From: the human T2T-CHM13v2.0 reference genome, Homo sapiens
DNA length: 64,000 bases
Strand: one strand, 5' to 3'
Assembly: GCF_009914755.1 (NCBI RefSeq)
Contig: NC_060926.1
Under the pieces are notes generated by a model. It saw only the letters and a list, made by a program, of their open reading frames with translations. It had not been told where the DNA came from and made no database searches. The translations under genes were made by a program, and so were the position numbers. Shown piece after piece: positions 53,856-64,000 of this stretch; the stretch's first letter is position 1; the number at the start of each line of letters is the position of its first letter.

Positions 53856-54368
53856 TGTTTTAGTTACCTATTGTTGTATAATAAATCATTCCAAAACTTT
53901 GTGGCTTACAGCAACATTAATTTACCATCTCACAATTTCTGTGGGTCAGGAATTCAGGAACAGCTTAGTGGGTCCTCTGGCTCTGGGTCTCTCACAAGGC
54001 TCCAATTAAGGCGTGATCTCGGGCTGCAGTCATCTGAAGGTTGAACTGTGAAAGGATTCAGTTCCTTATAGACTGATGGACTAAGAGCCTCAGTTCCAAA
54101 TGAGCTGTTGGTCAGAGGCCTCCCTCAGTTCTTTGCTACGTGGGATGCTTCATTAGACAGCTGGTTTCATCAGCGAGCATGGAAGAAGGTGAGAGAGTGC
54201 AAGCAAGATGAAAGTCACAGTCTTTTGTAACTTAATCTTGGAAGTGACAGCCCATCTCACTTTCGCTTATTAGAAGTAAGTCACCAAATATAGCCCATAC
54301 TCAAGGGTAGGGGAGGATTACACAGGATGTGAACATTGGGAATCATTTCATAGAAGCTGCTTATAACA
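53856..54368 (-). mobile_element. MLT1-type MaLR solo LTR
   Basis: tagttacctattgttgtata...aaaactttgtggctta...tctcacaatttctgtgggtcaggaattcagg... Confidence 0.8.
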
Positions 54369-54391
54369 GTAACCAATTTTTCTAAAACTGA

Positions 54392-54643
<252 letters not shown>

Positions 54644-55513
54644 TGAAAATAAAGACTTAGAAAAGTAATTCATGGAAACATTGCCTAATAATTTTCTGGT
54701 TCAGAAGAGTTGCTTTGATTCAGAGTTTTTTCAAAATAAGATCTGTCAGGCATAGGCCAGGAAGAGGAACCTGAAACTGGGAAACATGTTACTAATTAAA
54801 TTGGTTCCTTGAGATCTCCTTGGTCATATTTCAGATTGACTGCAGCTTACTTGGCTGAAGAGGCTCTTTTAAAATTAGTTTATCTAGTAAACTATCCAGG
54901 TGAAACAGAAGTCACTGTAGGCAGTGGCCCTTGGTTTTCTAGTGTCCATTAAGGTTTTAACTCTCGGCATTCTTGTGGTATGACAGCTTTTATTAGTCCT
55001 GTGTCACAAGAATTATTGAGAAGTTCTGTGAAACTATTTAAAAGTCAAAGTTTAATATTATTAGAATTTAAATCTATGTCTGTAAACCTTGAAAGATAAA
55101 GATACTGAATACTCTGGGGTATCCTTATTTTACTCTCTTTTTCATTAGTAGGAAATCAACGATTTGGTATTGTATGTTTCCAAGTGTTATTATTAAAATA
55201 CCCTACTAGGTTCAAATATGGTCTTTTGGTTTTATTAGAATACGGGAGTAAGTATTTATTTGGTTAATTACTACTTAGAATCAATTATAATCTTCAAATT
55301 GAATTTTTTATTGCTGTCTTCCCTATTAGAATCTACTTTTGCTTTTTTTCAATCCTTAATTATGTTAGAGACCTATTCAAACTCATATCTCCTTGATTTA
55401 TATAATGATTTGACAAAGTTTGAGGGTATGTTATATGTGCAGGCACTATTGTGAACACAGTGCGTGAAGCAATACACAATACAGATGATCTCTGTTCTCA
55501 TGGAGCTTACATT

Positions 55514-55990
<477 letters not shown>

Positions 55991-56809
55991 TGAGCTTACA
56001 TTCTAATAGAAATGATTCTGTATTTGATTTTGTATTGTATTTTTATTTCTGAGATGTAGTGTGTGGTTTGAATTATTTAAATCAGACTAGCAGAGAGAAA
56101 GTGGGTTGGAGTACATCAAACTACAACATTCTTCCTAAAGCTACATCAGAAATGGAGGTATATTTTTAAAGGATAAAAGATAGACAAGAATGTCTTTGGG
56201 GATAGAAATGACATCAAATGAAATAATGTATGGGAGAGCAACTTGTAAACAGTGCTTTGAGTTATGTACTTACTCATTAAGGGGCAGGTTGTGGCATAAA
56301 AGCACAGGAAGTTAGTACTTGTGTCTTTCATCCCTTCCCTAGCTTAGTAGTTGTACCTTATTACCAAATTCAGGAAAATCGAGTAACTCTAAAAAGGTGA
56401 ACATACACTTGAGGTTGTCTTTGTCGTAGCTTTTTATGCTAGGCTACAGGAAAATTATAGCCTTTGTGCCTCTATTTATACTTGCTATAGTGCCAAGTTG
56501 TAATTCACACAAAAGAATACTAAACACTTGGAAATTTTCCTTCCTTGGCAATAAGTTTATACTGTGTTAATCAATGCATTAGTGTTAAAATGGACAGTTT
56601 CCAGAGGCACCTTTTCACTTCTGCTTGCTTATTTGGCTAGGTATTTAACTAGTCCACACACTGAACGGAAAAAAATGAACTAAGAGCCTATTAGACTGTT
56701 TAAAAATTGCTATATTATACTGATCTTAAAAGACAAAAATTGTTTGATGTATTTCATAAAACACCTAGCACAATTTTTGGGATTTTTTAAGTGTTAAATT
56801 TGATTAGGT

Positions 56810-57120
56810 TTATTTTATTTGTCAGAAATTCTATGTATTTATGATGTACAACATGATGTTTTGAAGTATATATACATTGCAGAATGGTTAAATCCCGCTG
56901 ATTTAACATATGCATTACCTCAAAAAGTTAGCATTTTGGGAGAAAACAACACTTAAAATTTACTCTTAGCATTTTACAAAGATACAATATAGTGTTAACT
57001 GTAGTCACTGTTATACAATCGATCTTCCGTATTTATTCCTACTACCCAACTGATACTTTGTATTCTTTGACCAACATCTTCCCATCCCACCCCTACCCCC
57101 AGCACAATCTTTGAAGTCTT
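56810..57120 (-). mobile_element. L1MA-type 3' end fragment
   Basis: gtacaacatgatgttttgaagtatatatacattg...aatttactcttagc...ctttgaccaacatct. Confidence 0.75.
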
Positions 57121-57332
57121 GGTAACTTTACTGAAGGTATTGAATGTTTATTGTAGTTGTTGCCTTTTTGAAAGTACGTAAATAACATCTTTGCATTGTA
57201 GAAAAAGTTCTTCTTTATAGATAAACATGAAGAAATGAAGAAAATTGAAATCATTCATAATCCTGCGGCTTTGAGATAACTGATGAGAACAGTTTTAGAT
57301 TTTTTAATTTATTCTATCTGTTCTTTTTACAG

Positions 57333-57437
57333 GCAAACGAAGATTTAATATTAAATTGTGGAAGACCTTCACTGATTGTTTTAACTGTCTGCCTATAGCA
57401 GCCATTGTGGATGAGAAGATCTTCTGTTGTCATGGAG
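57333..57437 (+). CDS. PPP1CB: PPP1CB coding exon 4 ([36 protein letters not shown])
   Basis: Acceptor ttttacag|, donor G|gtagac; 105 nt; HGG motif; overlaps track ORF 57356..57541. Confidence 0.97.
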
Positions 57438-59065
57438 GTAGACTAGTAAATTTGCCTTACAGATTTTTTTTTTCTTCTATTATTCGGAAAATACCTATAA
57501 TAATCAAGAGGCTGTGGGAAAACAAAGCAGTGCTTGTATGAAAACTCAAGTGATTAAAACTGTTTTAAACATGGCTAAACCTCTTTTAAAAATTAGAAAT
57601 TTATTTATAAATGAAAACGTAATGCTTCTTTAAATACAGTTTCACATATAAAGAGTGTAACTAGAGTTGTTTGAGAAAGTCTCCTTTGCCTCAAGTTTTA
57701 ACAGAAAGACACCCCTGCTATTTATTAGTAAAAATGAGAGGATATCTTCCTGCCTATATTGAAATCTTTCATCAGAATCCAAATAAAATTGAGTTTCATA
57801 TTCACATATATCAAGAATTCTAGGCTTCATATAATATATTTGCTTTAGTATTAACAATAAAATAATAAAATAATCTTTGGCAGATTGGTAGGTTACTCTG
57901 TATGGCTTATGAAATAAGCTTGAAGTTTTTTGAAAGTTTATTTGAAAAATTAATGTATATGTCTAACACCTAGCTAGTAGATAGTGTATGATCTGACCAT
58001 CTTGAAGAGTTAAAAACCTGTTGCTAAGATACATTTATGAAACAGATAATTGAGTAATAAAAGGTATTTAATATGTCAGAACTTATTAAGACACTATGAG
58101 AAGTCAGGAGGAGGAAAGACTGGGTACATGTGTGTATGGAGGCATGGGTTTTAGAGGATAAATAGGCTTTGGAGAAGTTAAAAGGACTTGAGACACTCTT
58201 TGTTGTCTAGTTTAGGGAATGTGTAAGAACTGGCCTGACTAGAAGGTCAAGTACATGCTGGGAAATGATGGAATCAGATTATGGAGATTTGACTATTGAG
58301 CAACGGAGTTTGTTGAGTGATTTAATAACCATATTGGGTTTTTGTACAGGGAAGTAATTTAATGGAAATAGTGTAAGAAAATTAGTTTTTCATCAATATA
58401 CGGGAAGAATTAAAGTGGAAAAACGCTGAAAAGATAGATGCACTTGCCTAGGCCCGAGGTAATAAATGGTTTATTCTCTGGCAGAACATAATTCACTATA
58501 TTAATTGAAATATGTTTTCCAGTAGACATTAAACACGTAATGAATTGTAGTTCTTGTACATTAGTGTAGCTAAGGATAGAAGTGTAGCAGTATGGATATG
58601 AATGTTTAGCTTCATTCCTTGTGATGATACTTGGATTGCCTATCAGAGAGAAATAATAGCTTATATACCACTTCAAAGATTGCAGAGTATTTTTATGAGC
58701 TTTTCCTGTTAATCCTTCTGATCAATAGTTTATGACTTCATGAAGATAATGAACATGTTGGAGTGGGATGTGAAAAGAAGGTCTTAGGGAACCAAGTGAG
58801 GCACTTTCACTTAGAAGTTAAAATGTTTAAGATTAGTGGTAAGAACTGGCAAAAGTGGTAGGAAGGGTTGCAGTTGATTATGTTTCTATGAAGGCCAGGG
58901 AATGATTGGAAAAAAGAATGGTAGTTTTTTTTTTCCTTGGGAAGTCTTTTGAAATATAAAGGAATTTCATTTCCCTGGTAGGGAAAAATGGAAAAAAACA
59001 ATTATAATGCTGTATTATATCAAAGTGGAATTCCTAATAACTCTGTGTTGCCCTTTAAGACATTA

Positions 59066-59368
<303 letters not shown>

Positions 59369-59467
59369 TTAAAAGGAACACTTTTCAGTATCTTTAATTT
59401 CACATAGTGAATCTATTTTGATTAAATGCTTTTTATTCGGTGACTGTTAAAATATTAAAATTTTTAG

Positions 59468-59605
<138 letters not shown>

Positions 59606-60227
59606 TAAAGTGTTTTCATATTTGAACTTGATTACATTTAGTGGAAGTAGGATTGGCTTATGTAATAAATAAAAGAGCTTTTTTCATAGTCAATAAGCCA
59701 GCTACAGATTACTTTATTTGCAGTAATACACAATTTTTCACTTTGCACTGATCCTCAAAATGCGGAACCTTTTTATTTATAGTCATAATGTAGTTATTTG
59801 ATCACAAAAAAGATTTTGCTGTTGAGTCCTTATACCTATTTTTCTAAATTCCCTCATTCATACTAGCATTGGTTATGTTCTTCAAAAATTTGTTAAATTA
59901 GACAAAAGTTTTTTAATTAAAATAATCTATTCTTTGCTTCTTAGGCAAGGATACAACTACCTTCTTTTCAAATGTCTAGTAGTTTTTTGTTATTTTCTAT
60001 GTCCTCTATTTGAAATTTTTAGAGCTTTTTTTCAAGGGGGTGTGGGAGGGATTTCAATCTGTTGCCCAGGCTGGCCTCGAATTCCTAGGCTCAAGCAATC
60101 CTCCTGCCTCTTCTGAGTAGCTAGGGGACTCCAGGCATGTGCCATACCTGGCTTAAATTTTTAGAGCTCTTAAGGCTCTAGAGACCTGTGGTCAGTTTTG
60201 TGAAAATTACATTGGAAATCTCTGGGA

Positions 60228-62058
<1,831 letters not shown>

Positions 62059-62206
62059 TAGACCCTGTTAAGGTTAAAGAATTCCAGATTGTTGTTGCTA
62101 CCATTATTTGATTTTTTTAATGCATCCAGAGTGTCATGTTTCCTAAACCTCAAACTCTATTCTAATTTTATACAGTTTTATTGTCTCACTGAAATTATAG
62201 ATTCTT

Positions 62207-62454
<248 letters not shown>

Positions 62455-62806
62455 CTACTGGAAAGAGGCTGGAAAGTATGAAAGCATTATTAAGCACTGG
62501 GTGGGTGTATATTTTCGAAGAGTCAGCTTCAACCAGAAAGGGCTTAAGAATTGAGACTGACTATTCCAGTGGATTTTGTGTGCTAGTGAATTTCTTAAAA
62601 CATCATACAGGGAGCTTGGGATATATCAATGATAGAGATTGAATACATTGCCACTAATTCTACAAATGGTTTTATAATGCCTCTATCAAGATATGATGTA
62701 CTGTAACTGAAAATGAAGATGCCCTTTCCTCCTAAACCATACTATGATGTTTATGGATTATTTAAAATTCTTAAAACTGACTTAACTCTTTAAAAATTAT
62801 CTTCTT

Positions 62807-63149
<343 letters not shown>

Positions 63150-63669
63150 TCAACATCCACCCTTCTTTTAATATCACTACAGTTGGACTTTTACCCACTC
63201 CGTTACCCTCAATCACCAAGAAACTTGCATTGAGGTCTGATGATTTAATTGTAAGTGGCACATTTTTGGTCTTCGTCCTGCTGCCCTTGTTCATGGCACA
63301 TTTCCTACTTTAGGACGATTGTTTCCCCTTTCGGGATACGTTTACTATACTAAGCCCTTTGTCTTGATCATTCCTTCTCAATACCTAATGTTCATTCTCC
63401 CTCATCTACCTGCCTATTAAATGTTTGAATTCCTCAGAATTCATTTGCTGGTCTTCTCACTTTGTATTCCTAAGGTGGTCTGAGTCCCTCTTAAGATTTC
63501 CACTACCATTAATATGATGACAATACTCAAGTAAATATTTTTAACCCTGACCTCTTTTCCAGGGCTCCAAACATTACCAAAGTCAAGGATCTGATCTGAT
63601 TTTGTTCTTCCACATTTAAAAAAAAATCCTCAGGGTCTCAGTAGAAAATGTTTTTTTTTCGCTCAAGTG

Positions 63670-64000
63670 ATCTGTAGATCAAATACAATTCCAGTGAAAT
63701 CACAATTGAGTTTTTTATGGAATTAGGCAATTGTTTTTAATGTTTATGTGGAAGAACAAAAGATCAAAAAGTAACCAAGACAATCCTGAAAAAAAAATGG
63801 AGGATACTAGCCCTACCAAATATAAAGACTTATTAAAAAGCTCTAGTCTGTTATTGGCTCAGGGATAAGTAAAATAGACTAACAGAATAGACTGTGGTGC
63901 TCAGCAGTGGAACCGTAAGGAAAGGATGAACTGTTGAGGAAATACCACTGGGTTGTTTGGTTATTCATATGGAGAAACTACCCAAAAGATGAACAGCCTT
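63670..64000 (+). mobile_element. L1M ORF2 fragment
   Basis: tttatgtggaagaacaaaagatc...caagacaatcctgaaaaa...ccaaatataaagacttatt. Confidence 0.65.

Overview
Primate genomic DNA, almost certainly human chr2p23, dense in Alu/L1/L2/MIR/DNA-transposon fossils. The only protein-coding gene I can support is the 5' part of PPP1CB (PP1-beta catalytic subunit) on the + strand: a CpG-island promoter at about 26.9-28.2 kb, ATG at 27741, and coding exons 1-5 (52+132+231+105+72 = 592 nt, codons 1-198, every intron phase 1). The remaining exons lie beyond the window. The first 27 kb is repeat-rich upstream DNA with some well-formed minus-strand exon candidates, possibly from a divergent lncRNA. Almost all other ORFs in the track are translations of Alu, L1 or low-complexity sequence. 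The most unusual structure is a ~135-bp unique segment (8041-8179) directly 3' of an AluSq, which recurs inverted 47 kb away in PPP1CB intron 3 (55520-55656). There it lies between the A-tail and the TSD of a different-subfamily Alu (AluSp-like). It resembles an Alu 3' transduction, but the sequence fits a later poly(A)-primed templated insertion better. A twin-primed, 5'-inverted L1 with an intact TSD is also present. Repeat subfamily names come from recalled consensus motifs, and repeat boundaries are approximate.
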